This document shows positions 24,469 through 33,477 of a stretch of 59,591 bases of DNA, piece after piece; positions within the stretch are counted from its first letter, which is position 1, and every line of letters starts with the position of its first letter. Position numbers and translations under genes: made by a program. The notes under the pieces are model-generated. The model did no database searches, was not told the origin of the DNA, and saw only the letters and a program-made list of their open reading frames with translations. Source of the DNA: a virus (Duplodnaviria; Caudoviricetes); IMG/VR virus record IMGVR_UViG_3300049166_000062, positions 1-59,591 of that record; one strand, 5' to 3'.

Positions 24469-25262
24469 AGCCGGCCCCAGCATTTGCCAAGGAATCCGAC
24501 CTCTGCGCCGCTTTCATCGCGGCGTTGCCTGATGGATGGACGGCATACCCGGAGACCGGTGGCTTCGATATCCTGCTCAGCCGTGCCGACGGTTTCCAGA
24601 TCGGCGTCGAGGCCAAGCTCAGGCTTAACACCAAGGTCGTCCTGCAGGCCGCGGAACGGCTGGGATGCTCGTATGTGACCATGCCAGGCCCGGACTGCCG
24701 GGCCGTGCTGGTTCCGGAGGCGCACAACAGCGAGCTGGCTGATCTCTGCAGCCTGCTCTGCATCACCGTTGTCACGTACCGCCCGCAGAGACCTCACGTC
24801 ATGGCATCATCGATCTGGCCTGATCTGCCGAAGGTTGATGACCACTATTGGTCTGGTTGGCACGAGCTCGCTCCGGAGAAGAGGATTGAGCTACCGGACT
24901 GGGTTCCCGATGTCAGCGCCGGGGCCAGCGCCCCGGTTTCCCTGACGGACTGGAAGATCCGCGCCATCAAGATCGTGATCACGTTAGCGAAGCGGGGGTA
25001 CGTCACCCGCGCCGATTTTGCCTTCTTCAAGGTTTCGATGTCGCGATGGACGCAAGGCGGTTGGCTAGTCCAGGACGGCCGTGGCGGCTGGATCGCTGGC
25101 AAATACATGCCGGATTTCAAAGCTCAACATCCCGTCAACTTCCCGCAGATAGAGGCCGATTTCGAGAAATGGAAGCCGGCCGGAGAATTCCCGACCCGGG
25201 TACCAATCGCCGAGCCGCCGTCGATTGTGCCCGACCTCTTCGATGGCGGGGTCAAAGCCTGA
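24465..25262 (+). CDS. Putative PD-(D/E)xK nuclease-fold protein
   Basis: E..L...YPE..FDILL...IGVEAK motif. Confidence 0.6.
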   Translation: MKPAPAFAKESDLCAAFIAALPDGWTAYPETGGFDILLSRADGFQIGVEAKLRLNTKVVLQAAERLGCSYVTMPGPDCRAVLVPEAHNSELADLCSLLCITVVTYRPQRPHVMASSIWPDLPKVDDHYWSGWHELAPEKRIELPDWVPDVSAGASAPVSLTDWKIRAIKIVITLAKRGYVTRADFAFFKVSMSRWTQGGWLVQDGRGGWIAGKYMPDFKAQHPVNFPQIEADFEKWKPAGEFPTRVPIAEPPSIVPDLFDGGVKA

Positions 25263-25264
25263 TC

Positions 25265-27514
25265 ATGACCGATTCTTCAGAGTTCGCCGCGATCATGCCG
25301 GAGGTCGCCAAGATCGTCTTTGACGAGCTTAGCATCGCACCGAACAAGCATATGTCGAGCAGCGCGGAGACCCGGTACGGCACCAATGGTGCTATCTCGG
25401 TCGACCACCCAGCTGGAACGTATTTTGACCACGAAGACCAGATCGGCGGCGGCGTTCTCGATCTCCTCCGCGCCTTCAAGGGGTATGAGAAGCCCGAAGC
25501 GCTGGAATGGCTTCAGGAACGCGGGCTTATCAAGCGCAGGGAGCGACAGAACGGAGCCGCGAATGGCCACGCCAACGGCTCATCGCCGCAGGGCAAGTTC
25601 GCCGGGTTCATGGATGACCATCCACAGGCGATCTTCGAATACTTCGATGACAAGGGCCGACTCGCCTACGAGGTTCTGAAGTTCGCGAAGTCGGCTCCGC
25701 GTCGTTACATGCAGCGGCGGCCGCATCCATCAGGCAACGGCTGGATCTGGGGGCTGCAGGAAGGCCTCTATGGCAAAACCCGCTCAGGCGACTGGTTCAA
25801 GGCCAAGTCTGGCAAGCACTACGAGGCCGAAGAGCACTTCGATGATGCCCGTCGGTGGCTTTATCGACGCGATGAGGTAAAGGCCGCGATCGCGGCCGGG
25901 AAGCCAATCATCCTCGTCGAGGGCGAGAAGGACGTCGAGACACTGAGGGAATGGGGTCTCACGGCCACCACCAACGCCGGTGGCGCGAAATACTGGAGCG
26001 AGAGCTTCGACCACGAGCTCGCCGGCGCCGATGTTCTGATCTGCGGCGATAATGATGACAGTTCCCGGCAGCGCACATTGATGCGCGGGGCAGGGCTCTT
26101 CGGAAAGGCGAAGTCGGTCCGCGTGCTGGATCTCGCCCTGCACTGGAGGGACATGCCGGAGAAGGCCGACGTCTCCGATTGGAAAGAGCAAGCCGGCGGT
26201 ACCTCGGACCAATTCGCCGCCCTCCTGAAGAAGGCCCCGGCATGGCATCCGGAGAGGCCCCGTGCCTTCGGAGCCTATTACCACGACGAGATCGACGGGC
26301 CCGGGCTGGAATACGATTACCTGATCGATGGTCTGCTGACCGCCCGCGGCCGCAGCGTCATCGGGGGACCCAGTGGTTCAGGGAAGTCCTTCCTCGCCCT
26401 CCATGCCGCGTACTGCATCGCCAGAGGGCAGGAATTCTTCGGTCACCACGTCGAGCAGGGCGGCGTCATCTACCAGGCCGGCGAGGGCGGTCTCGGCATG
26501 AAGAAGCGCCAGAAGGCCTACCGGAAGCATTTCAACGTTTCGCCAGACGAGGACATCCCGCTGGTCGTTCTCCCAGCCAAAGTCGACCTCTTCGCCCGCG
26601 ACGGCGACACCGAACGCCTGATCGAGGCCATCAAGGCCGTGAAGATCACGATGACGGCGGTGCTGCGCGTCGTCTTCATCGATACCCTGGCAACGGCCAC
26701 GATCGGCGCCGATGAGAACAGCGGCAAGGACATGTCGGTGGTTCTCGCCAACATCGCCCGCATCGAGCAGGAATGCGGCGTCCATGTCTGCCTCGTCCAC
26801 CACATGAATGCCGATGGCAAGAAGCTGCGGGGGCACACCTCCATACATGCCAACGTCGATACCGTCATCCTGGTCACCATGGACGAGAACACCAAGATCA
26901 GGACGGCAAAACTGACGAAGCAGAAGGATGATGAAGACGGGATCAAGATCCCGTTCACCCTGGCCTCCGTAGCCGTTGGGCATAACCCGAAGACCGATCG
27001 CGAGATCACCTCATGCGTCGTGCTGACCGTTTCCGAGAAGGAGGCCCTGAAGAAGGAGGCCGAACAGTTCGGGTTCTCGGTGCGGCCTTCGGAGGAGAAG
27101 ATCCTTATCCCGCTTTTCAAGGCGATCCAGAAATATGGAAAGTTCGTCGCAACCGAAAAGGACGGTCCCGCCGAGGCGATAGGCAAGCATGTCGTCGATT
27201 TCGGCTTTTACCTCGAGGTGGCAGTCGAAATGGACTCCGGGGCCGAGGACAAGACCAAGTCCAAGGACCGGCTCCGCAAGAGCTTTGAGCAGAACAACCG
27301 GTTTCTGCTCAAGGCCGGCGTGATCGGTTTCCACCGCCCATACATCTGGTGGACAGGCAAGCCGATTCGCGGCTTCCCCAACACCTTTCCGGACGGAGCG
27401 CAGATTCGGAGAAATTCAGGAGAAACTCCGGATAAACTCGGGAGTAATTCAGGAAATCCCGTTTCCGAGGGCATGGCCGAAATCATCGATTCCGACCAGG
27501 AGATCCTGCTTTGA
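25265..27514 (+). CDS. Primase-helicase (TOPRIM + RepA/AAA_25 SF4 helicase)
   Basis: VEGEKDV and GDNDD (TOPRIM); GPSGSGKS (Walker A), VFIDT (Walker B), VHH, RGHTS, KQKD. Confidence 0.9.
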   Translation: MTDSSEFAAIMPEVAKIVFDELSIAPNKHMSSSAETRYGTNGAISVDHPAGTYFDHEDQIGGGVLDLLRAFKGYEKPEALEWLQERGLIKRRERQNGAANGHANGSSPQGKFAGFMDDHPQAIFEYFDDKGRLAYEVLKFAKSAPRRYMQRRPHPSGNGWIWGLQEGLYGKTRSGDWFKAKSGKHYEAEEHFDDARRWLYRRDEVKAAIAAGKPIILVEGEKDVETLREWGLTATTNAGGAKYWSESFDHELAGADVLICGDNDDSSRQRTLMRGAGLFGKAKSVRVLDLALHWRDMPEKADVSDWKEQAGGTSDQFAALLKKAPAWHPERPRAFGAYYHDEIDGPGLEYDYLIDGLLTARGRSVIGGPSGSGKSFLALHAAYCIARGQEFFGHHVEQGGVIYQAGEGGLGMKKRQKAYRKHFNVSPDEDIPLVVLPAKVDLFARDGDTERLIEAIKAVKITMTAVLRVVFIDTLATATIGADENSGKDMSVVLANIARIEQECGVHVCLVHHMNADGKKLRGHTSIHANVDTVILVTMDENTKIRTAKLTKQKDDEDGIKIPFTLASVAVGHNPKTDREITSCVVLTVSEKEALKKEAEQFGFSVRPSEEKILIPLFKAIQKYGKFVATEKDGPAEAIGKHVVDFGFYLEVAVEMDSGAEDKTKSKDRLRKSFEQNNRFLLKAGVIGFHRPYIWWTGKPIRGFPNTFPDGAQIRRNSGETPDKLGSNSGNPVSEGMAEIIDSDQEILL
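27408..27451 (+). repeat. Four tandem 11-bp iteron-like repeats in the primase-helicase 3' end
   Basis: GGAGAAATTCA/GGAGAAACTCC/GGATAAACTCG/GGAGTAATTCA. Confidence 0.75.
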
Positions 27515-27825
27515 GCGATCTCCGCATCGAAGCCATCGGCTTCCCTGATCATTACTGCCCCGTGTACCGGCGTGACGGTTCGCCGGACATCATGCTCGAC
27601 GGTCCGGACGGACGTCCGCGCCGGTTCACGTCGGCGTTCGCGGCAATCAATGCCGCCAAGCTCGAGCTCGTCGTCAGCCCACGCGCTGCTGATCCGGTCC
27701 CGGATATCGGCTCCGATCGCTGGCATCTCGACCGCGCAGCTGAAGCCGCGGCGGAGCAGATCGAGGCGCTGGGCGGTATCGTGGTCAGCGGTCGCATCAT
27801 ACCGGTGGAGCGCCGCCGGCGATGA
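27511..27825 (+). CDS. Hypothetical protein
   Basis: TTGA/ATGA-coupled. Confidence 0.6.
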   Translation: MSDLRIEAIGFPDHYCPVYRRDGSPDIMLDGPDGRPRRFTSAFAAINAAKLELVVSPRAADPVPDIGSDRWHLDRAAEAAAEQIEALGGIVVSGRIIPVERRRR

Positions 27826-28271
27826 AAGACCACTATCCCTGCGACATCTTCAAGGTGGCCAGCCAGTGCGGCATTCGCCTGCTGGACCCGATTTATCATC
27901 GCCAGCACCGGAAACCGCGGGAATGCTTCGCCAAGAAAACGCTGAAGAAGATCGGTCAGAGGCATGGCGAAGCCCATCTGGCGATCACGCTGCGCCTGAT
28001 CGTGGAGACCAAGGGCAACGCGGCGGAGCTCTATTCGGAGACCATTCAGGCCATCTCCGGGCTGCTTGTCACGAACCCGCACCTGGTGGAACGTGGTGGG
28101 AAACTCTTCGACGAGCTCGACGAGATCAGCTTAGGCGAAACCCGGCGGCTGGCGCGCGCCTTGACGCTCGGTCTCCCGGCTAGCCACGTGATGCGCGTCA
28201 TGCTCGCGCTTAGGCTGCATCGGGAGCCGCAGGGTGATATGCTCGCCCTGATGAAAGGGCAGGCGGGATGA
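27822..28271 (+). CDS. Hypothetical phage protein
   Basis: HGEAHL..TLR.IVET.GN..EL motif; coupled. Confidence 0.75.
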   Translation: MKDHYPCDIFKVASQCGIRLLDPIYHRQHRKPRECFAKKTLKKIGQRHGEAHLAITLRLIVETKGNAAELYSETIQAISGLLVTNPHLVERGGKLFDELDEISLGETRRLARALTLGLPASHVMRVMLALRLHREPQGDMLALMKGQAG

Positions 28272-28534
28272 AAGAATTGAGATGCTTGGGCGGACCCCTC
28301 GATGGGCAATTCGTCGCCGATGGCGAAGCGCCAACTGTGTTCCTGGAGAAAGTGACTGGAGACGACGACAGTCTCGAGCTTGTCACCGACCATCGTCTTC
28401 CCCCAGTAGCGGTCCACTACCGGAAAATTCGGATCAATAGCGGCGATGGACAGCATGTCGATTGCTGGGTTGCCGACGGGATGACGTTTGAAGACGCGAT
28501 TGCAAGGCTTAAAGACATTGAACCTCTCGATTAA
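28268..28534 (+). CDS. Hypothetical protein (GGPLDG motif)
   Basis: 88 aa, ATGA-coupled. Confidence 0.65.
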   Translation: MKELRCLGGPLDGQFVADGEAPTVFLEKVTGDDDSLELVTDHRLPPVAVHYRKIRINSGDGQHVDCWVADGMTFEDAIARLKDIEPLD

Positions 28535-29144
28535 GCCATATGCAGCATGGACAGCCAAGGCCGTCGAGCTCCGCGTCGTCGAGGCCGCGGAAACGCTGAT
28601 GCTGACCCCAAATACATACGGCAGCAGCTCGGCCTGGCCGCAGATCGTTCGTTCCGCTGACGAGAGCTATGGCTACGGCTCCTCCTGGTACAAGAAGCGG
28701 CCATCGGCCGGCGCCCTCGATCGCATGCTGGTGACTTGGTCATGGATCAACGCACTGCCATCTCAGGAAGACCGCCAACTGCTCTATGCCTGGGCCTGGA
28801 CGAAGGTGAAGAGGGGCCGCTTCCTCTCCGATTTTGCTGCCAGAGAGGGCGTAAATTCCAAGACGATCCGCCGCGCGATAACCCGTATCTGTCAACGGAT
28901 TGCGGACGATCTCAACCAGAAACATGTTGCGTGGGTGAACAATCGCGTTGACGATGTGTCCGAAATTCTCGCATACGAGCCGACAGATAGCTTGCCAGAA
29001 GAGCAGCCGCAGCGATCCCCCACCCACATCATGGCACCCGGCGCGAAGCCGAAGAGCGATCTCAGCCCGGAGGCCGCAAAGGTCGTCGCCAAGGAAATCG
29101 AGAAGCTTAACCGGCGCCTTCGAAAGCAGCGCAGGGCCAGTTAG
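28488..29144 (+). CDS. DUF6362-like putative late transcription regulator (Q-position gene)
   Basis: WT...V..R..EAA.TL...WP...RPS..A..RM....W plus C-terminal HTH; last gene of the early operon; start uncertain. Confidence 0.65.
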   Translation: MKTRLQGLKTLNLSIKPYAAWTAKAVELRVVEAAETLMLTPNTYGSSSAWPQIVRSADESYGYGSSWYKKRPSAGALDRMLVTWSWINALPSQEDRQLLYAWAWTKVKRGRFLSDFAAREGVNSKTIRRAITRICQRIADDLNQKHVAWVNNRVDDVSEILAYEPTDSLPEEQPQRSPTHIMAPGAKPKSDLSPEAAKVVAKEIEKLNRRLRKQRRAS

Positions 29145-29853
29145 AGCGAGAAGCGGCCGTGCATCTCGCTAACGATCGCTGTAACCGACTTGAGGGCGCT
29201 CTGACAGAATCCGAGCGCATTTACTCCGTATCCTTCAATTTCGAAGCCGACCCATATCTCGACAGTCTGGGTCACGCCAGGTGTCGGGACGATCTTTGGG
29301 TTCTGGGATCGATTGGCGCGCCCATTATTGATATGCCTCCGGTAAACGTTACGCCTGACGACCATGAGATCGAGCCGTCCCGCGACGATACCGAGGTTTG
29401 TCGGTTTTCGAACCTCTTCTGCGGTACAAGATCAACATGCTTCCCCGATGCAGCGATCTGGCTGAGCGTCAACAGCCACTTATTCTTATCGCTAACAAAT
29501 GGCTGTAGCGAATGTAGGTAGTCGCTGAGGGCCTGGTGCTGACCCTCCAACGAAGACCATCGCCAGCGGCCCATAGTAGACGCAAAACCCTGCTGGCTAT
29601 CCGTTATCGGAAAGTAGACGTTAGCTCTTCTGCGATCATCCTCAGATAGGCTTGGAGAGAGATGAACCTCCCAATATCGGCGGGCGGTGCGATCCAAAAC
29701 GGAGCGCAACTTTTCAAGGACCTCATGCGTCAATTGTACGGCCCGATCGGAAACTGTGTGCGTGGATAAGGCAGTCCGGTATACCTGTTCAAGTTCGCTG
29801 CAAAGTTCTGCAGCGCGGTCCAATGTTGTTTGGATGTTGGGATATAGCGCCAC
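29141..29853 (-). pseudogene. Frameshifted HEPN-like moron
   Basis: ORF 29272-29853 continues in the frame of ORF 29141-29365 (IVPTPGVTQTVEIW...) if one A is added at the run 29295-29297; LRSVLD...YFPI...LQPF...W...KH..L pattern. Confidence 0.55.
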
Positions 29854-29965
29854 GATTTTAGGTCCTCACTTCGGAGGATAGCAGCAGAGCACCGAACAGG
29901 TCAGGCAGCAAGCCGCCGGTTTGAATCAACGTGAATCCGTCAATAGAAATCGACATCGCCGATCT

Positions 29966-30020
29966 GGAAAAACCTCGGATATTTCCGGGAGGAATCCCGG
30001 AGGAATCCCGGAAACGTTCG
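29966..30020 (+). repeat. Five in-phase 11-bp repeats
   Basis: GGAAAAACCTC/GGATATTTCCG/GGAGGAATCCC/GGAGGAATCCC/GGAAACGTTCG. Confidence 0.7.
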
Positions 30021-30058
30021 GTTTTTCGGCACCCGAATGACGTCAAGCGATTCGCGTC

Positions 30059-30102
30059 GGATAAAAGCTGGAGAAATTCGGGAGAAACCCCGGAAATTTG
30101 AC
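30059..30102 (+). repeat. Four in-phase 11-bp repeats
   Basis: GGATAAAAGCT/GGAGAAATTCG/GGAGAAACCCC/GGAAATTTGAC. Confidence 0.7.
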
Positions 30103-30275
30103 AGCGCCCCGATTTTGCTATCGACTTCCTCGCGCCCCCTCCCTCGCGCGGATACACTACCTTGATCTGCTCCTGCCCTTCGGCGGGCGGCCCTCAAGGC
30201 CGACCCGCAAGGCAGTGCACGGCATCTAAGGTAGTGCGCTACATCAGGGCCTTCATCTGCGTCCGGAGCTCAATC

Positions 30276-30605
30276 ATGGTCAGGATGCTGAAGCCGGCGC
30301 TGCGTACGCTGGATACCCGTACCGCCAGACCACCGGAGAAGAGAGCAGACCCTGAACTGCTGACCCCAGAACATAGGGCTTGGCGCGCCACTGTCCTGCG
30401 TCGTGCTGGATACAAGTGCGAGGCCGTCGATGATGGTCGACGCTGCACTGTCTCGGCTCCGTCACGTCTCTTCGCCGATCATATCCGGGAACGGAAGGAC
30501 GGCGGTGACCCTTTGGACCCAACCAACGGTCAATGCCTATGCGGCCGTCATCATACCCTGAAGACGGCGAGGGCGAGGGCGGTGAGGATGGCGGAGAGGT
30601 TCTAG
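30276..30605 (+). CDS. Terminase-associated HNH endonuclease (HK97 gp74-like)
   Basis: WR..VL.R..Y.C...C...ADHI....DGG......N.Q.LC..HH..KT; upstream of terS. Confidence 0.85.
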   Translation: MVRMLKPALRTLDTRTARPPEKRADPELLTPEHRAWRATVLRRAGYKCEAVDDGRRCTVSAPSRLFADHIRERKDGGDPLDPTNGQCLCGRHHTLKTARARAVRMAERF

Positions 30606-30621
30606 CGTCTTGGGGAGACCT

Positions 30622-30819
30622 CTACTCGGCCCACTTCTTGCCGACGCTATCGTATCGAACCGTATACACCGGCGTTGTCGTGGCATTTTGGAAGCAGTCG
30701 ACCGCTATCTCTGCATCCGTACCTGCCGCGACATGCTCATCTGCTAGGGCCTTGGCCTCGTCGAAATCGTCAAAGGCGGTCGCGATCATGTTGCCATCCA
30801 GGGTAACAACGTACTGCAT
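30622..30819 (-). CDS. Small acidic opposite-strand moron protein
   Basis: AAGGAG SD; own promoter-like sequence; 65 aa. Confidence 0.65.
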   Translation of the reverse strand: MQYVVTLDGNMIATAFDDFDEAKALADEHVAAGTDAEIAVDCFQNATTTPVYTVRYDSVGKKWAE

Positions 30820-30850
30820 AGCGGCTCCTTCTTCACCTCACCTACGCCGG

Positions 30851-30879
30851 TATATGAACCGCTATTGGTGACGTGCAAG
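30851..30879 (-). promoter_or_regulatory. Sigma70/RpoH-like promoter CTTGCA-N17-CATATA
   Basis: Resembles the rhizobial CTTGAC-N17-CTATAT consensus; upstream of 30819. Confidence 0.45.
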
Positions 30880-30995
30880 GGTGGGGGGTGCAAATCTCTG
30901 GGGCGATCCGGGGGTCCAACCGCTCGGGGGTCATGTTCACGAAATTTTTTCGCGCTGCCGAAATTTCGGGCCAGCCGCCCAGGAACGCCAAAATA
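30880..30995. other. Probable cos (packaging initiation) region
   Basis: Intergenic between HNH and terS with G-runs followed by a T-run, the usual layout in HK97-like cos phages; exact cut site not determinable. Confidence 0.5.
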
Positions 30996-30999
30996 ATCA

Positions 31000-31452
31000 A
31001 TGACGAAATCAGCACGAGGCCGCGGGCGGCCGGCGTTTAAGCCGACGCCGGCGATGCGACGAACCGTCGAGTTGATGGTGTCCTGCGGCGATAGCAAGGA
31101 CACCGTATCGCGCGCGATCGGCTGCTCGATTCCTACACTCGAGCTCCATTTCGAGGAGGAGTTGAAGGACGGTTGGGCGAAAAAGCGTCGGGAAGTCCTG
31201 AGGTGGATGGAAGCCGGTGCGAGGAAGGGCAATGCTACCCTGATCAAGCGGCTCGAGGAGATGACGCGGCTGGCTGGTGCTGCCGCTGATTTCGATCGAG
31301 GAGCTGGCGACCAGTCCGAGACGCCAGCGGCGCCTCAGCCTCGCGTCCGCAGGATGGGCAAGAAGGAGCAGCTCCGCGAGGACGCGCTGACAGCGGGTGT
31401 CGACAATGAATGGGGCGACGATCTCGCTCCGCCGTCGGGCGCAGTAAACTGA
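31000..31452 (+). CDS. terS: Terminase small subunit
   Basis: GRPAFKPT...IGCSIPTL..HF.EEL HTH; GKKE...A...WGDDL; directly before terL. Confidence 0.8.
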   Translation: MTKSARGRGRPAFKPTPAMRRTVELMVSCGDSKDTVSRAIGCSIPTLELHFEEELKDGWAKKRREVLRWMEAGARKGNATLIKRLEEMTRLAGAAADFDRGAGDQSETPAAPQPRVRRMGKKEQLREDALTAGVDNEWGDDLAPPSGAVN

Positions 31453-31453
31453 G

Positions 31454-33235
31454 ATGGAAGGTGACTGGTCAACCGCCTGTCTTGACTGGCGGGAACGCAT
31501 TGTTGCGGGCCGAAGCCTGGTCCCCACGATACCGATTGACCAACGGCGCGCAGAGAAGGCGCTGCGCATTTTCAAGCGTCTTCGAGTAACAGACATCCCA
31601 GGTCAGCCCACGCTTGGCGAGTGCTGCGCTGACTGGATCTTCGATCTGGTCCGCGTCGTTTTCGGTGCTTTCGACAGTGCCGAGAAGCGCCAGCTGATAA
31701 CCGAATTTCTCGTCCTGATCGCGAAGAAGAACGCCAAGTCGACTATTGCCGCCGGCATCATGCTGACCGCGCTCATCATGAACGAGCGCGCGCTCGGTGA
31801 ATACCTGATCCTGGCGCCGACGAAGGACGTCGCTGACAACAGCTTCACGCCGGCCTATGGCATGGTGAAGGCCGACAAGGCGCTGCTCGCCCGGTTCAAG
31901 CCAAGCGACACCACCCGGGAGATCGTGAACCGACTCGATGGCTCGATTCTGGCGGTAAAATCCGCGGATGCCGACGTCGTCGGCGGACAGAAGGCGATCA
32001 GCGTCTTCATCGATGAGTTGTGGCTGTTCGGAAAGAAGGCTTCGGCCGAGAACGTCCTATCGGAGGCGACCGGCTCCCAGGTGTCGCGGCCAGAAGGGTT
32101 TACAATCTACGCATCGACGCAGAGCGATGACCGCCCAGCGGGCGTTTTCGCCAAGAAGCTGCAATATTTCCGCGGCGTCAGAGATGGCACAATCGACGAT
32201 CCTTCGTCATTGCCGCTGCTCTACGAATACCCGGAAGACATGGTGAAAGCGGAGGCCTGGCGGGACCCGGAAACCTGGCATATTCCGAACCCCAGCATTG
32301 GACGCTCCGTTGACGAGCGATGGCTCGCGCGAAAGCTGCGGCAGCGGGAGCTTGAGGGACAGGAAGCGCTCAGCCTTTTTGTGGCGAAGCATTTCAATGT
32401 TCAGGCTGGTCTCGGGCTAAAGGATGACAACTGGGCCGGGGCAGCGTTCTGGGCAGCTTCAGCGAATCCCCGCCTGACGCTGCACGAGGTGATCCGCCGA
32501 TCGGAAGTGATCGTGATCGGGATCGACGGCGGAGGTCTCGATGACCTTCTCGGGCTGGCAGTGCTCGGCCGCTGCAAGGTCACTGGCAAACAGCTGCTCT
32601 GGTCTCACGCCTGGGCGCACGAGATCGTCAAGAAGCGCCGGACCGACATCGCCTCGCGTCTGAACGATCTCGCCGACCTGAAGCAGCTGACGTTCGTCAA
32701 GCTCCCAGGCGAAGACGTCTACCAGCTGGCGGACATCGTCATGCGAGTCGAAGACACCGCCCTGCTCGCCGCGGAAAACGCTGTCGGCGTGGACAGCTAT
32801 GGCGTTGCCGCGATCACGAAGGCGCTGACCCGGGAGGGGCAGGGCATCGCGGCGGAGCGGATTGTCGGGATCAACCAGGGCTGGAAACTGAACGGCGCCA
32901 TCAAGGACATGGAACGCGATCTCGCCGGCGGCCAGCTCGTGCATTCCGGGCTGCAACTCATGGAGTTCGCCGTCGGAAACGCCAAGATCGTGCCGCGCGG
33001 CAACGCGATCTCGATCGACAAGCAAGTCTCCGGCTCGGCCAAGATCGATCCGTTGATGGCGGCCCTGCACGCGAAGGTCCTGATGGGCTTGAACCCGCAG
33101 CCTGCCGGCTCCGGCTGGGATACCGACGACCTCGACGCGCTCGAGGAGAAAATCGAAGCAGAGATGGCTCGGGCCGAGGCAGAGGAGATCGCGCAGGTCG
33201 CGCTGCTCCGAGACCAGGGCGTCGGCGTCTACTGA
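31454..33235 (+). CDS. terL: Terminase large subunit
   Basis: IAKKNAKST (Walker A), VFIDE (Walker B), GIDGGGLDD and KIDPLMA nuclease motifs. Confidence 0.95.
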   Translation: MEGDWSTACLDWRERIVAGRSLVPTIPIDQRRAEKALRIFKRLRVTDIPGQPTLGECCADWIFDLVRVVFGAFDSAEKRQLITEFLVLIAKKNAKSTIAAGIMLTALIMNERALGEYLILAPTKDVADNSFTPAYGMVKADKALLARFKPSDTTREIVNRLDGSILAVKSADADVVGGQKAISVFIDELWLFGKKASAENVLSEATGSQVSRPEGFTIYASTQSDDRPAGVFAKKLQYFRGVRDGTIDDPSSLPLLYEYPEDMVKAEAWRDPETWHIPNPSIGRSVDERWLARKLRQRELEGQEALSLFVAKHFNVQAGLGLKDDNWAGAAFWAASANPRLTLHEVIRRSEVIVIGIDGGGLDDLLGLAVLGRCKVTGKQLLWSHAWAHEIVKKRRTDIASRLNDLADLKQLTFVKLPGEDVYQLADIVMRVEDTALLAAENAVGVDSYGVAAITKALTREGQGIAAERIVGINQGWKLNGAIKDMERDLAGGQLVHSGLQLMEFAVGNAKIVPRGNAISIDKQVSGSAKIDPLMAALHAKVLMGLNPQPAGSGWDTDDLDALEEKIEAEMARAEAEEIAQVALLRDQGVGVY

Positions 33236-33252
33236 AAACGAGGGATTGCCCG

Positions 33253-33477
33253 ATGCGAGCGTTGTCGGCCGCCTCGCGCGGTCTCCGCCGTGGTGCCGCC
33301 CTTGCGGCCTATGTGGTGCCACCGCTGCTGCGCGACCTGGTTGGGATCGCGGGCGCCGCCGCCATCACGTTCGGTGTGTGGCAAATCCACAGGCCGGCGG
33401 CATGGATTGTGGCCGGCATAATGATGCTGTTGACAGCGTTGCGTCTGTCCGCGCCAAGCCGCCGAGAGGATGACTGA
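33253..33477 (+). CDS. Small membrane protein upstream of portal
   Basis: Two hydrophobic segments; TGATG-coupled to portal. Confidence 0.7.
   Translation: MRALSAASRGLRRGAALAAYVVPPLLRDLVGIAGAAAITFGVWQIHRPAAWIVAGIMMLLTALRLSAPSRREDD

Noticed and set aside
28509-28535. Possible CtrA box (TTAA...TTAA)
   Set aside because: Spacing does not fit TTAA-N7-TTAA. No full CtrA box was found by eye in the window; a PWM scan is needed.
29966-30102. Repeats considered as a mini-CRISPR array
   Set aside because: Units are 11 bp and contiguous with no spacers, and no cas genes are present.
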